A stretch of DNA of 64,000 nt from Bacteroidota bacterium. Lineage in GTDB: Bacteria; Bacteroidota; Ignavibacteria; UBA10030; UBA8401. Where the stretch lies: assembly GCA_005792285.1 (NCBI GenBank), contig SXSI01000020.1, forward strand, positions 1,327 through 65,326, in the 5' to 3' direction. The position numbers and the translations under genes were made by a program. Of this stretch, positions 1-10,625 are shown one piece after another. The notes beneath the pieces are model-generated. The model made no database searches. It was given only the letters and a program-made list of their open reading frames with translations, and was not told the DNA's origin. Position 1 is the stretch's first letter; every line of letters begins with the position of its first letter.

Positions 1-1068
1 TTGTTTCAAAATTTCTTCTCTTAACAAAAACCATTTGCCTTGCCATGTTGCTGATGGTTTTAGAGATTCACGATATTCGGTTTCATCAAAATCGACTGGT
101 AATTTTTTTCCATGTTGTTGTTTATATTCATCAACAAAAGAATCTTGTAAACTTTTAACTAAAGATTCTGGAACTGGAAAATCATGATTTTTAATAATTT
201 CTTGAGTTAAATTATCTAAAAATTTATTTCGGCTTTGTTCGCTGTAATAATTTTCAAGATCTTTTTTTACATTTGAATTGAATTCTTCGACAGTTAACAT
301 TTTATCTTTTGTAACTTTTTTAACGAACTCATCATCAAAAGTTGGAAGTATAATATTTTCAATTCCTGTTACATTAAATTGTAAATGAATTTTATGTTCA
401 TGCTCAGCATGTTTATGATTAAACTTTGCAGAATAACTTCCATTAAGTTCAGCATGTTCAAGAGAGGTTTTTATTTCTTCTTCAGTCGAAGGTTCATTTA
501 AATAAATTTTAACACCTTCACGATTTCTGTCTAGTATTTCATTTTCAGATTCATCAAACTCTTTAATATTTGCAGTTACAACAAATTCTTTTCCATCAAC
601 TTTTTCTGCCGGATAATATATTGCGTGAATTCTTTGCAGACGACTTGCTTCTTCAGTAACATCTTTTTCACTGGTTGTAAAAATTGGTTTTTCTATTTTT
701 AATTGCTTGTACTGTTTTAATTCAATACTCGGTCGAACTTCATATTTAATTGTAAAAGAAAAAGGTGTTCCAGGTTTAAATTGCATATCGGTCATTTCTG
801 GTGTACCAATTGGAATTATATTTTTTTCTATTAACGCATTTCTAAAAGATTCATCGGCAATTTCTTGTAAAGCGTCATGTTGAATTGAAGACGCATAAAG
901 CTTTTTAACCATTGCGATCGGGACCTTCCCTTGTCGAAATCCATCAATTTTAATTGTTTTAGCAGCTTTTTTATAGGCTGATTCAAAATGTGGAGCAAGC
1001 TCTTCTTGCGTTAAGGTAATATCTATTTGCTGATCGCAGCCTGTTAGTGCTTGGTGTTTAATTTCCAT
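1..1068 (-). CDS. tig: Trigger factor, partial; the C-terminus runs off the window start
   Basis: Reverse-strand translation starts at the ATG at 1068 (MEIKHQALTGCDQQIDITLTQEEL...IDGFRQGKVPIAMVKKLY...) and carries the GFRxGKxP ribosome-binding signature of trigger factor. The frame stays open to position 1. Not in the ORF track because there is no in-window stop. Confidence 0.85.
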   Translation of the reverse strand, partial: MEIKHQALTGCDQQIDITLTQEELAPHFESAYKKAAKTIKIDGFRQGKVPIAMVKKLYASSIQHDALQEIADESFRNALIEKNIIPIGTPEMTDMQFKPGTPFSFTIKYEVRPSIELKQYKQLKIEKPIFTTSEKDVTEEASRLQRIHAIYYPAEKVDGKEFVVTANIKEFDESENEILDRNREGVKIYLNEPSTEEEIKTSLEHAELNGSYSAKFNHKHAEHEHKIHLQFNVTGIENIILPTFDDEFVKKVTKDKMLTVEEFNSNVKKDLENYYSEQSRNKFLDNLTQEIIKNHDFPVPESLVKSLQDSFVDEYKQQHGKKLPVDFDETEYRESLKPSATWQGKWFLLREEILKQ

Positions 1069-1215
1069 GATTATTCCGTAGGTGATAAAAAATTTGTTAC
1101 AAAATTAGTTGTCAAAAATACGAACATTGTATCAATTTTGGAACAGTATTCTTTGGCAACTGGTTGTGTTTATCGCTATTATTTATTACAATAATAAAAC
1201 TTTATAAGGATAAAC

Positions 1216-2928
1216 ATGAAAAAACATTTGTTACTATTAGTAATTATTATTTTACCATCACTTCTTTTTTGTGATACTTTTGCTTCACGTATTAAAATTA
1301 CAAATCCGAACGGATCTTTATTTGATGGAAATTTTAAAGATGGATCACTTGCTGCTGTAAGTTATATTTTAAATGATACAGCAGATAATGTAACTGTTAA
1401 AATAATTGACGAAGCTACAAATTCTTCAGTGGCATCAATTACAGCAGGGAAACAGAATCCGGGAACTAACACTTTAACTTGGGATGGAACAGGAAGTGTT
1501 ACAAATAAAAAATATTTTGCTCAAGTTTTAATTTCAAGAAAAACATATTCATCTACAAAATATACTTGCTACAGTTTTGTTAAAACTTACGAGACTTATT
1601 CAATTTATACTCGAGGTGTCGATGCAAACCGCGATCCAAACCATCAAAATTTTGGATACATTTATGCAGCTAATTCAGATGCAAGTGATGATGCATTAAA
1701 AACAGGAATTCTTCGTTATAATTCTAATTTGACTTATGCTGGGACAGATATTGGCCATCCGATACTTACAAATACTTTAGGTAATTTAAATTCAGGTGGG
1801 ACAATTGATTGGGGAGCAACTGCACCGTGGTATTCTACAATTGATTATTTGGGAAGAATATTTGCATCAGCCAACGGGAATGGAAATATTTTTAGAATGG
1901 ATAGTGATACTTCGAAACCAAAATTAGTTGTAAAAAAAATTAATCAACCTCGTGGTTTAGCAACATTCGGAAGCGGAACAAACTTTAGATTATTTATTGC
2001 AGCAGACACGATTGTACTTCGGGCAAAATTTGTAAATGCAGATACTGCAACTGCAGTTGAAACGGTTGCCGTTTTAAGTAATTACGTTCGCGATATAATT
2101 ATTGATGATGACGGAAATTTAATTGTTGGTTTACGCGCAGGAGCAATAGGAGGCGCCGGAATTGCAGTTGAAAAATATTCTCTCTCCGGACAATTGCCGG
2201 TTCGCCGAATTAATGCAATTTGGTCTGTAAGTTTTGGAACTGGCGGTTCGCCAATTGGTTTTGCTTTAAAACGAGGTTCGAATTTATCTTCTGCAAATGA
2301 CGATACTTTATATGTTTCGATTCGCGGTGTAAGTGGAACTGATACTACAAATATTGGTGTTCATGAGATTACTCAACTCAATGGATTTTTCCCTGAATCA
2401 AAATTAATTTTCAAGCCAACTCAGTTTCCAGGTTCAATTGGTGGAAATATAAGCACAAACGCTGATTTGACTATTGATTATGCTGGGAATATTATTTTAT
2501 TTGAAAATGGAAATGAGGAAATTTTTTCAGTTGCACCACCAAATAGTGCAAGCACACGAACAATTACAACTCGTGGTTTTGGATCTGTAACTGTTACAAC
2601 TTCATCAAGCAATGTAAATGAAAATTTAACTCCGAATGATTTTATACTTTTGCAGAATTACCCAAATCCATTTAATCCTTCAACCACAATTTCATTTCAT
2701 TCGCCATATTCAGCAAATGTGAAAATTATTATTTACGATCTCGTTGGTAATGAAGTTCGAAAATTATACGATAATGAATCTAAAAAAGGTTTTCATTCTG
2801 TTGTTTGGGACGGCAAAGGAAATAATGGTGAAGTTATTTCTTCCGGAATTTATTTGTACAGATTAATTACAAACTCATCAAAAAGTACTTCAAACACAAT
2901 TACTAAAAGAATGATTTTAATGAAATAA
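1216..2928 (+). CDS. Secreted T9SS cargo protein of unknown function
   Basis: N-terminal signal peptide (MKKHLLLLVIIILPSLLF). The C-terminal about 85 aa (LLQNYPNPFNPSTTISF...IIIYDLVGNEVRKLY...GFHSVVWDGKGNNGEVISSGIYLYRL) match the type-A T9SS sorting domain consensus. The body is Thr/Asn/Gly-rich and looks beta-rich. Confidence 0.8.
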   Translation: MKKHLLLLVIIILPSLLFCDTFASRIKITNPNGSLFDGNFKDGSLAAVSYILNDTADNVTVKIIDEATNSSVASITAGKQNPGTNTLTWDGTGSVTNKKYFAQVLISRKTYSSTKYTCYSFVKTYETYSIYTRGVDANRDPNHQNFGYIYAANSDASDDALKTGILRYNSNLTYAGTDIGHPILTNTLGNLNSGGTIDWGATAPWYSTIDYLGRIFASANGNGNIFRMDSDTSKPKLVVKKINQPRGLATFGSGTNFRLFIAADTIVLRAKFVNADTATAVETVAVLSNYVRDIIIDDDGNLIVGLRAGAIGGAGIAVEKYSLSGQLPVRRINAIWSVSFGTGGSPIGFALKRGSNLSSANDDTLYVSIRGVSGTDTTNIGVHEITQLNGFFPESKLIFKPTQFPGSIGGNISTNADLTIDYAGNIILFENGNEEIFSVAPPNSASTRTITTRGFGSVTVTTSSSNVNENLTPNDFILLQNYPNPFNPSTTISFHSPYSANVKIIIYDLVGNEVRKLYDNESKKGFHSVVWDGKGNNGEVISSGIYLYRLITNSSKSTSNTITKRMILMK

Positions 2929-2947
2929 TTATTTAAGAATATTTTAT

Positions 2948-3997
2948 ATGAAAAAATCAGTATTAAAAATTTTACCATTCACTTTGTCATACTCAATCCC
3001 GTTGATGACAATTTTAGCAATTAATAAGGGCGGATATTTATCTTATTTAACGCCTATAGTTATTTTTATAATTCTCCCTTTGATTGAATGGCTAATTGGA
3101 AAAAGTGAGGACAACTACTCTACTGAAGAAGAAGTTCTAATTAATAACAATACGTTATTTTCTTTACTTCTATACGGTCATTTAATTAGCGTTTATTTAG
3201 GACTGTATGTTTTTTTAAATGCAATTTCAACTCGCACCTTAAACATTTTTGAAATAATGGGAATGACAATTTCTATGGGTGTTCTTGCCGGCGCAGTTGG
3301 AATTACAGTTGCTCATGAATTATTTCATCGCTCAAATATTTTCGAGCAGTGGATTGGAAAATTATTACTGCTTGTAAATTGCTACATGCATTATTCAATT
3401 GAGCATGTTTATGGTCATCATCGTAATGTCGCCACATTTGATGATCCTGCTTCAGCTCGATTCGGCGAATCAATTTATAAATTTTTACCTCGAACTATTA
3501 TCGGAACCTATATTAGTGCCTGGAAAATAGAAGTTAGTAGACTACAAAAAAAAAATGAAAAATTTTTCTCAACCAAAAATGAAATGTTGTTATTTCAGTT
3601 TATAACAATTTTATTTCTATTTATTATTTATTTTGTATTTGGACTTAAAGCATTAATTGTTTTTTTATTTGTTGGATTTATTGGAGTAATTCAGTTGGAA
3701 ATAGTAAACTATATAGAGCATTACGGATTACAAAGAAATCACAATAAAGATGGCGACTACGAAAAAGTTGGAGTTGCACATTCGTGGAGTTCAAATAATT
3801 ATTTAAGCAGGTGGTTTTTATACGAATTAAATCGCCACTCAGATCATCATTTAAATGCATCTCGAAAATATCAAATATTGAGACACATTGATAAAAGCCC
3901 ACAACATCCGGCTGGTTACCCGGCAATGATACTATTAACTTTTATTCCTTTTTGGTGGAGATTTGTAATGGATAAACGAGCTTTAGAATATAAATAA
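2948..3997 (+). CDS. AlkB-type integral-membrane alkane 1-monooxygenase / fatty-acid desaturase superfamily hydroxylase
   Basis: Multiple TM helices. His box 1 HELFHR, His box 2 EHVYGHHRNV, HYG motif NYIEHYGL and His box 3 LNRHSDHHLN are all present in the order seen in AlkB alkane hydroxylases. Confidence 0.75.
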   Translation: MKKSVLKILPFTLSYSIPLMTILAINKGGYLSYLTPIVIFIILPLIEWLIGKSEDNYSTEEEVLINNNTLFSLLLYGHLISVYLGLYVFLNAISTRTLNIFEIMGMTISMGVLAGAVGITVAHELFHRSNIFEQWIGKLLLLVNCYMHYSIEHVYGHHRNVATFDDPASARFGESIYKFLPRTIIGTYISAWKIEVSRLQKKNEKFFSTKNEMLLFQFITILFLFIIYFVFGLKALIVFLFVGFIGVIQLEIVNYIEHYGLQRNHNKDGDYEKVGVAHSWSSNNYLSRWFLYELNRHSDHHLNASRKYQILRHIDKSPQHPAGYPAMILLTFIPFWWRFVMDKRALEYK

Positions 3998-4002
3998 ACT
4001 TT

Positions 4003-5220
4003 TTAATAAAGTTTTCTGTTCATATAAACATTCAACATTAATCCCGCCATTAACATATACGAACAAAGCGAAGATCCGCCGTAACTTAAAAATGGAAGTG
4101 GGATTCCAATTACAGGCATAAGTCCAATTACCATTCCAATGTTTACAATAATGTGAACTGCAAATAACGAAGTGATTCCCATTGCAAGTAAACTTCCAAA
4201 CCGATTGCGAGTTATTGAAGCAAGCCACAAACCTCTGTAAAGTAAATAGGCAAATAATCCGAGAATGATTATTGAACCGATAAATCCAAATTCTTCACCT
4301 GTTACACAAAAAATAAAATCAGTCCATTGTTTTGGAATGAAGCTAAGCCGAGTTTGAGAACCATTCATAAATCCTTTTCCGAATAAACCACCACTTCCAA
4401 TTGCAACTTTCGATTGAATAATATTATATCCTGCACCGAGTGGATCTGCTGATGGATCTAAAAAAGTCAAAATTCTTTTTTGTTGATAGAATGGGAGTAT
4501 ATTATAAATAATCTGAGTCATAATTCCGGAGATAACATTTATTCCAAACAAGACTGCGCTGATAAATATATCTTCCTTCAATAAAATAATTCCAATGCCA
4601 ACTAAAATAAGTGCAATTACAAAATATGTTGTTCCAAGTAAAGAAAGTATTGCAATTATAATCGGAGAAATTATTGCAACAATTAATGCGTTCGAAGATC
4701 CGGACCAATAAATAAGCGGAATAAAAAATCCAAGATAAGTTAATGCGGTTCCAAAATCTGGCTGAAGCATAATTAAAAATACCGGCGCGATTACAATACC
4801 GAAAACACCCAAAGTATCTTTTAGATTTGCAATTGAAGTTGTGCTTTTGCCAAGAAATGCTGAGACTGCAATAATGGTTGTAATTTTTACAAACTCAGAA
4901 GGTTGAATGCCAAATCCACCATAACCGAACCAACTTTTTGAACCATAAACTTTTTGTCCAGCAATTAAAACTAGTGCTAATATTATCAGCGAAAAGAAAT
5001 AAACAAAATATGAAGTTCGTTCAAGTTCTCTTAATGGGATAAACATTCCAATTAATAAAAGAATTAACCCAACTCCGCTCCATGCAAGTTGTCTGTAAAA
5101 AGTAAAATATTGTGGCGTGTCGGCTGTCGAACTATAAATAGAAACTAGACCAATTGTAATTAATACTAAAAAAGTAATTAAAAGCTTAAAGTCGAAATAT
5201 CCTTTAATATAAGTTGCCAT
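4003..5220 (-). CDS. rodA: Rod shape-determining protein RodA (SEDS family peptidoglycan glycosyltransferase)
   Basis: Polytopic membrane protein with the FtsW/RodA/SpoVE signature (...[30 protein letters not shown]...). It lies immediately downstream of the mrdA (PBP2) gene with a 1-nt overlap, the classic mreD-mrdA-rodA order. Confidence 0.85.
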   Translation of the reverse strand: MATYIKGYFDFKLLITFLVLITIGLVSIYSSTADTPQYFTFYRQLAWSGVGLILLLIGMFIPLRELERTSYFVYFFSLIILALVLIAGQKVYGSKSWFGYGGFGIQPSEFVKITTIIAVSAFLGKSTTSIANLKDTLGVFGIVIAPVFLIMLQPDFGTALTYLGFFIPLIYWSGSSNALIVAIISPIIIAILSLLGTTYFVIALILVGIGIILLKEDIFISAVLFGINVISGIMTQIIYNILPFYQQKRILTFLDPSADPLGAGYNIIQSKVAIGSGGLFGKGFMNGSQTRLSFIPKQWTDFIFCVTGEEFGFIGSIIILGLFAYLLYRGLWLASITRNRFGSLLAMGITSLFAVHIIVNIGMVIGLMPVIGIPLPFLSYGGSSLCSYMLMAGLMLNVYMNRKLY

Positions 5221-7073
5221 TAGTTTATTCCGCTTTTTTGTTGAACGGCAACTTTACTTGAATCATTTTTATTTTCAGTTACTGATAATGTCTCAATTGT
5301 TTTATTAATTGGTAACGGGTGTAAATATCTGTCGATACATTTTCCAGCAATCGGTGCTGCGAATGCGCCACCATATCCAACATTTTCTACCAACACACAA
5401 ATTGCAATCGTTGGATTATCATAAGGTGCAAATCCAACAAACCACGCATGATCTTGGCCATGTGGATTTTGTGCAGTTCCGGTTTTTCCTGCAACAACAA
5501 TTTTTTTAACTCGTGCAGCGCTGGCAGTTCCACTAGTTTCCATTACAACTCTTCGCATTCCTTCACGAACAAGTTGCCAAGTTTTTTCAGAAATTTTAGT
5601 TTGTCTTTGAGAAATTTCCGGCAATTCTTTTTTCTTTGTATTTCTATCAAATGTATAATCGAGAATATGTGGCTGAAAATATTTTCCCTTGTTAGCTAAC
5701 ATCGCCGCGTAATTTGCCATTTGAATTGGTGTAACTCCTAATTCACCTTGCCCAATTCCAAGACTAATTAAATATCCTTGAGTCCATTTACCAACACCAT
5801 AAGTTTTGTTATAATAATTAGTTGTTGGAAGAAGGCCAGAGTTTTCTTCTAAAATATCTATTCCTGCAACTTCACCAAAACCAAATTCTTTTCCGTACTG
5901 ACTCCATTTATCGAGACCAACTTTTAACATTAGTTGATAAAAGAAAACGTTGCAAGATTTTTGAATTGCTTCTACAACATTTGTTGAACCATGAATATGA
6001 AGATCTTTGAAATATTTATTCCCAAATTGAAATCCACCTCGACATTGAACTCTCCAGTTTTCATCAATAATATTATTTTCTAACGCAGCAATTGCCAACA
6101 CCATTTTATAAGTTGAACCTGGCGGATATCGTGTTAGTGATGCCCGATTGAATAAAGGCTTAGTTGGATTTTTCAGCAATGAATTCCAAATTTCATTTGT
6201 TGTAATTCCACTAAATTCAGTTAAATCATAATCAGGTTTACTTGCGAATGCAATCACTCCTCCATTACGCGGATCTATTGCTACAACTGCTCCGCGATAA
6301 TCTGACAATAGAGATTCCGCCAAAGCCTGAACATTTGCATCAATTGAAAGATATAAATCGGCACCATCAATCGGAAGAATATCGCTGTTACCATTATTAA
6401 AAGTTCCAACTCGCTGCCCTTTTGAATTTTGAGAAATATATTCAAATCCCTTAATCCCTCTCAAATATTTCTCATACTTTGATTCGATACCATTATTACC
6501 GATCAAATCTCCCGGACGATAATATTCTTCGGAATTTTCGATTTGTCTTTTGGAAATTTCTTTTACATATCCAAGTGCATGAGACATTTTTGCATTTGTT
6601 ACATAAGTTCGCTTTGTTTCAGCTTCAACTTCTATGCCGCGAAGTTTTTTGCCGTACTCTTCTATATGAGCCATCTGCTCATAAGTTATATCTCTTTTCA
6701 AACGAGAAGGAATAAACCGATTATAAATTTTTGCTTTCCGTAGATTTTTTTTTACTTCTTCAGTTGGAATATTTAAAATATAGGAAACTAGCGGTATATT
6801 TTTTTCATCAAAATCTGAAGGAACAATCATTACTGTATAGGCTGGTTTATTATCAACCATCAAAATATTATTTCGGTCGTAAATGTATCCCCGTATTGGT
6901 TCTTGAATAACTGTCCGAATACTATTTTCTTTTGATCTTTTTCCAAACTCCTCATAGTAAACATATTGTAATTGAAAAAGCCGGAATACAATTATGGCAA
7001 AGCAAACAAATAATATTCTTTGAATTATTATTTTTCTTTCCTGAGAACCAAACTCTGAGCTGAATTGAAACAT
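5220..7073 (-). CDS. mrdA: Penicillin-binding protein 2 (peptidoglycan D,D-transpeptidase MrdA)
   Basis: N-terminal membrane anchor. Transpeptidase motifs are present: SxxK (GSTYKM), SxN (KSCNVFF) and KTG (KTGTA). It sits between mreD and rodA. Confidence 0.9.
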   Translation of the reverse strand: MFQFSSEFGSQERKIIIQRILFVCFAIIVFRLFQLQYVYYEEFGKRSKENSIRTVIQEPIRGYIYDRNNILMVDNKPAYTVMIVPSDFDEKNIPLVSYILNIPTEEVKKNLRKAKIYNRFIPSRLKRDITYEQMAHIEEYGKKLRGIEVEAETKRTYVTNAKMSHALGYVKEISKRQIENSEEYYRPGDLIGNNGIESKYEKYLRGIKGFEYISQNSKGQRVGTFNNGNSDILPIDGADLYLSIDANVQALAESLLSDYRGAVVAIDPRNGGVIAFASKPDYDLTEFSGITTNEIWNSLLKNPTKPLFNRASLTRYPPGSTYKMVLAIAALENNIIDENWRVQCRGGFQFGNKYFKDLHIHGSTNVVEAIQKSCNVFFYQLMLKVGLDKWSQYGKEFGFGEVAGIDILEENSGLLPTTNYYNKTYGVGKWTQGYLISLGIGQGELGVTPIQMANYAAMLANKGKYFQPHILDYTFDRNTKKKELPEISQRQTKISEKTWQLVREGMRRVVMETSGTASAARVKKIVVAGKTGTAQNPHGQDHAWFVGFAPYDNPTIAICVLVENVGYGGAFAAPIAGKCIDRYLHPLPINKTIETLSVTENKNDSSKVAVQQKSGIN

Positions 7074-7086
7074 TTATTAAATAGTT

Positions 7087-7629
7087 TTAAGTTTGAATTC
7101 TTTTACGAAAATAGAAAAATGGAAGTAGTGCGGTTATCAAAGTATAAACAGTTGAAAATAAACCGCTTCTAATCATTGCAGACCAAAATGTCATTTCTGC
7201 TCCTTGAATAATAAAAAAAATATTAATTACATTATGTGCCAATGAAGAAAAAAATAGAATTAATAAAAACAGCAATTCGCCTGTTGCATAATTTCTTTTA
7301 TTTTCATTAAAAAAATAACCGGCAAGAAATCCGACTAATGTTTTAATAAACGCTGTTAATCCAATAACACCACTACTTAAAATGTCATCTAATAGTCCAA
7401 CTGAAAATCCTAAAATAGTTGCCGGAATTTGACCATAAACTAAAGAAATATATACAACCCAAATTAAAAGTATATCCGGGACTATACTAGAAACTGCTAA
7501 AAGTGGTACAAACGTTGTTTGAATTACTATAAATAATAAGCTTACTGAAACTAAAAAAACTATATCGCGAAAATTTATTTTATTCACCATGGTAACTGCA
7601 AAATTATCATAAATGTAGGGGACAAGCAA
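7087..7629 (-). CDS. mreD: Rod shape-determining protein MreD
   Basis: 180-aa polytopic membrane protein directly upstream of mrdA-rodA on the same strand. This is a position and size call; MreD is poorly conserved. Confidence 0.55.
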   Translation of the reverse strand: MLVPYIYDNFAVTMVNKINFRDIVFLVSVSLLFIVIQTTFVPLLAVSSIVPDILLIWVVYISLVYGQIPATILGFSVGLLDDILSSGVIGLTAFIKTLVGFLAGYFFNENKRNYATGELLFLLILFFSSLAHNVINIFFIIQGAEMTFWSAMIRSGLFSTVYTLITALLPFFYFRKRIQT

Positions 7630-7691
7630 TTATTTTCACATGAGAGATTAAACTTTGAGTTGCTTCATTTTACTCGTATTTTCTTACCCTC

Positions 7692-8102
7692 ATGAAGAGT
7701 TGTTTAGGAAGTTGGCTTATAATAATTTTAATGGTTGTGTTTTTCGGTTGCGATTCAGGAGTTTCTCCGGAAGATCTCGAAAAGATAGATCCAAAATTTA
7801 CCGCATTACAAAGTAATATTTTCGATTTAAGTTGTTCTACTAAAAGTTGTCACGGTTCAGATGGTGCCGGGAATCTCTTTTTAACAAAGGATAAATCTTA
7901 TGCAGCTATGGTAAACATTCGAAGTTCTCTTGATTCAAAATATTATATAGTTAAACCGGGGAATGCTGATTCAAGTTATTTATATTTAAAACTTACAAAT
8001 CCCCCTTCAGGAGTTTTAATGCCAAAAGGAAATCCAAAATTATCTGATGCAAAAATTGCAGCAGTTAAGGAATGGATTAATAATGGCGCACTAAATAATT
8101 AA
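7692..8102 (+). CDS. Lipoprotein with a PSCyt1-like (planctomycete cytochrome c) domain carrying a variant CX4CH motif
   Basis: Lipobox (VVFFGC). The C-terminal about 90 aa fit the PSCyt1 pattern (Cx..CHG...GG.L.L......Y....G.SG..V.PG.P..S.L...I...........MP......LS..E...L..WI..GA), but the haem-binding site reads CSTKSCH rather than CxxCH. Confidence 0.45.
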   Translation: MKSCLGSWLIIILMVVFFGCDSGVSPEDLEKIDPKFTALQSNIFDLSCSTKSCHGSDGAGNLFLTKDKSYAAMVNIRSSLDSKYYIVKPGNADSSYLYLKLTNPPSGVLMPKGNPKLSDAKIAAVKEWINNGALNN

Positions 8103-8132
8103 TTATATTCACAATTTTTTTTCTATAATAAA

Positions 8133-9977
8133 ATGATAACGCAACAATTAATAAGAAATATAGCAATTATCGCACACGTTGACCATGGCAAAACTACTTT
8201 GGTTGATTACATGCTACGACAAACAGGAACATTTCGAGATAACCAACAAGTCGCAACTCGCATAATGGATTCAAACGATCAGGAGCGAGAAAGAGGAATT
8301 ACAATTCTTGCTAAAAATACTGCGGTTCATTATACAAGTCTGAAAGATAAAAATAAATATAAAATTAATATTGTTGATACACCAGGTCACTCTGATTTTG
8401 CCGGTGAAGTTGAACGAACTTTAAAAATGGTTGATGGCGTTTTGTTGCTTGTTGATGCTTCTGAAGGACCACTTCCGGGAACAAAATTTGTTCTTAAAAA
8501 ATCTCTTGATTTAAATTTGCAGCCAATTGTCGTTATAAATAAAATTGATCGAAAAGATGCACGACCACACGAAGTGTTAGATGAAGTTTTCGAACTATTT
8601 CTTTCGCTCGGGGCAAATGATAAACAACTCGACTTCCCAATTATTTATGCAATTTCAAAACTAGGCATTGCAAAAAATGAATTGGAAATGGAAAGCACTT
8701 CACTTGATCCTTTATTTGAGGCAATTATTTCAAAAGTACCTCATCCAATTGGCAATCCAAACGATCCATTTCAAATGTTAGTTACAACAATCGATTACAA
8801 TGATTATCTCGGCCGATTAGGAATTGGAAAAATTCATCGTGGTACAATACAACTTGGCGAACCGATGGAAGTAATTCACAAAGATGGTTCAATTGAAGAT
8901 GCTCGTGTTTCAAAATTATATTCCTTTGAAGGATTAAAAAGAATTGAAGTTGCAAAAGCGAGTGTTGGAGATATTATTGCACTCGCGGGAATGGAAGATG
9001 TTGATATCGGCGAAACAATTGCATCGGTCAAAGATCCAACTCCACTTCCATTTGTTGCAATTGAAGAACCAACAATGTCAATGAATTTTATAGTTAATAA
9101 TTCTCCATTTGCCGGACAAGAGGGAAAATACGTAACAACAAGAAATTTGTCGGAACGATTACAAAAAGAACTTCGATCGAACGTAAGTTTAAAAGTTGAA
9201 TTTACAGATTCTCCTGATGTGTTTAAAATTAGTGGGCGCGGCGAACTTCATCTTTCGGTTTTAATTGAAAATATGAGACGCGAAAATTATGAACTTCAAG
9301 TTTCAAGGCCAGAAGTTATTCTTAAAAGAATTGATGATGTGGTTTGTGAACCAATTGAACATATTATAATTGATGTTCCAGATGAACATAATGGAATTGT
9401 AATAGAAAATCTTGGCAAACGAAAAGCTGAAATGAAGAATATGATGTCCTCGCAAGGAAATACTCGACTCGAATTTTTAGTTCCAGCTCGCGGACTTATC
9501 GGTTTCAGAAATGAATTTATGACACAAACAAAAGGAACCGGAATTCTTCATCATAATTTTCATGGTTATGAACCTCATAAAGGAGAAATGCAACAAAGGA
9601 CAAGAGGAGCATTGATTGCAATGGAAGGTGGTGAAGCGGTTGCATATGGTATGTGGAAATTACAAGAACGATCAATATTTTTTATTGAACCAGGAGCTCG
9701 TATTTATTCTGGAATGATTGTTGGTGAAAATACACGTGAACATGATATGACGGTAAATGTTTGTAAAACAAAACAACTCACAAATATGCGCGCCTCCGGT
9801 TCCGATACTGCTGTTCGTCTTGAGCCACCACATTTATTAACACTTGAGCAAGCAATTGAATGGGTTGGTGATGATGAATATGTTGAAATTACCCCTTCTT
9901 CAATTAGATTACGAAAAAAATATTTAGAACATAATGAGCGGAATAGAGCTACAAAGAAAAAAGTTATAGATATATGA
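8133..9977 (+). CDS. typA: Translational GTPase TypA/BipA
   Basis: G1 motif AIIAHVDHGKTTLVD and DTPGHSDF; about 610 aa with EF-G-like domain organisation. Size and sequence are typical of BipA. Confidence 0.9.
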   Translation: MITQQLIRNIAIIAHVDHGKTTLVDYMLRQTGTFRDNQQVATRIMDSNDQERERGITILAKNTAVHYTSLKDKNKYKINIVDTPGHSDFAGEVERTLKMVDGVLLLVDASEGPLPGTKFVLKKSLDLNLQPIVVINKIDRKDARPHEVLDEVFELFLSLGANDKQLDFPIIYAISKLGIAKNELEMESTSLDPLFEAIISKVPHPIGNPNDPFQMLVTTIDYNDYLGRLGIGKIHRGTIQLGEPMEVIHKDGSIEDARVSKLYSFEGLKRIEVAKASVGDIIALAGMEDVDIGETIASVKDPTPLPFVAIEEPTMSMNFIVNNSPFAGQEGKYVTTRNLSERLQKELRSNVSLKVEFTDSPDVFKISGRGELHLSVLIENMRRENYELQVSRPEVILKRIDDVVCEPIEHIIIDVPDEHNGIVIENLGKRKAEMKNMMSSQGNTRLEFLVPARGLIGFRNEFMTQTKGTGILHHNFHGYEPHKGEMQQRTRGALIAMEGGEAVAYGMWKLQERSIFFIEPGARIYSGMIVGENTREHDMTVNVCKTKQLTNMRASGSDTAVRLEPPHLLTLEQAIEWVGDDEYVEITPSSIRLRKKYLEHNERNRATKKKVIDI

Positions 9978-10603
9978 TAAATAATAAAAAATATTTCGTT
10001 GCAATTGCCGGAAATATTGGAAGCGGGAAATCCTCATTAACTACTCTTTTATCTAAAGAACTTGGCTTCTCCCCTTTTTATGAATCAGTAGATGATAATC
10101 CATATCTCTCGGATTTTTACGGAGATATGAAAAGATGGTCCTTCAATTTGCAGATATATTTTTTATCTCATCGATTTCAAATGCACAAAAAAATAGTTGA
10201 GTCGAGCCAAAGTGTAATTCAAGATCGAACTATTTACGAAGATGCGCAGATTTTCGCAAAAAATATTCATTCAATTAAAAGAATGGATGATCGCGATTAT
10301 AAAAATTATGTATCTCTATTTAATGCGATGATTCAATTTTTAAAACCTCCTGATCTTTTAATTTACTTGCGGGCAAATGTTGATACACTAACAAATCAAA
10401 TTAAAACACGTGGAAGAAGTTTTGAGAAAAGTATTGAAAAGAGTTACCTCGAACAACTTAACTTACTTTATGAAGATTGGATTAATAATTATAAAATTGG
10501 GAACTTACTTGTAATTGAAAGTGATGGAATTGATTTTGTAAACAGCAATTCGGATTTAAAAATAATCAAAGAAAAAATTTTAGCTAAACTTTCTACCATC
10601 TAA
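9974..10603 (+). CDS. Deoxynucleoside kinase (dAK/dGK/dCK family)
   Basis: P-loop IAGNIGSGKSSL, ...YESVDDNPYL..., and the DRxxYED-type motif (IQDRTIYEDAQIF) of deoxynucleoside kinases. 4-nt overlap with typA. Confidence 0.8.
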   Translation: MINNKKYFVAIAGNIGSGKSSLTTLLSKELGFSPFYESVDDNPYLSDFYGDMKRWSFNLQIYFLSHRFQMHKKIVESSQSVIQDRTIYEDAQIFAKNIHSIKRMDDRDYKNYVSLFNAMIQFLKPPDLLIYLRANVDTLTNQIKTRGRSFEKSIEKSYLEQLNLLYEDWINNYKIGNLLVIESDGIDFVNSNSDLKIIKEKILAKLSTI

Positions 10604-10625
10604 CAATAAATAATTAAGCTGATTT

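Noticed and set aside
3678-5509. Antisense ORFs inside the alkane-hydroxylase, rodA and mrdA genes (3678..3926-, 3983..4228-, 4502..4708-, 5309..5509+ and similar 60-110-aa ORFs elsewhere such as 5448..5699, 6479..6743, 13120..13443, 14130..14618, 15705..16253, 17408..18640, 19754..19969, 20888..21589, 23007..23281, 25395..25640)
   Set aside because: All lie wholly inside longer ORFs that carry clear conserved motifs on the other strand or frame. Their translations are low-complexity (Phe/Leu/Cys/Asn-rich), as expected for shadow ORFs in AT-rich DNA.
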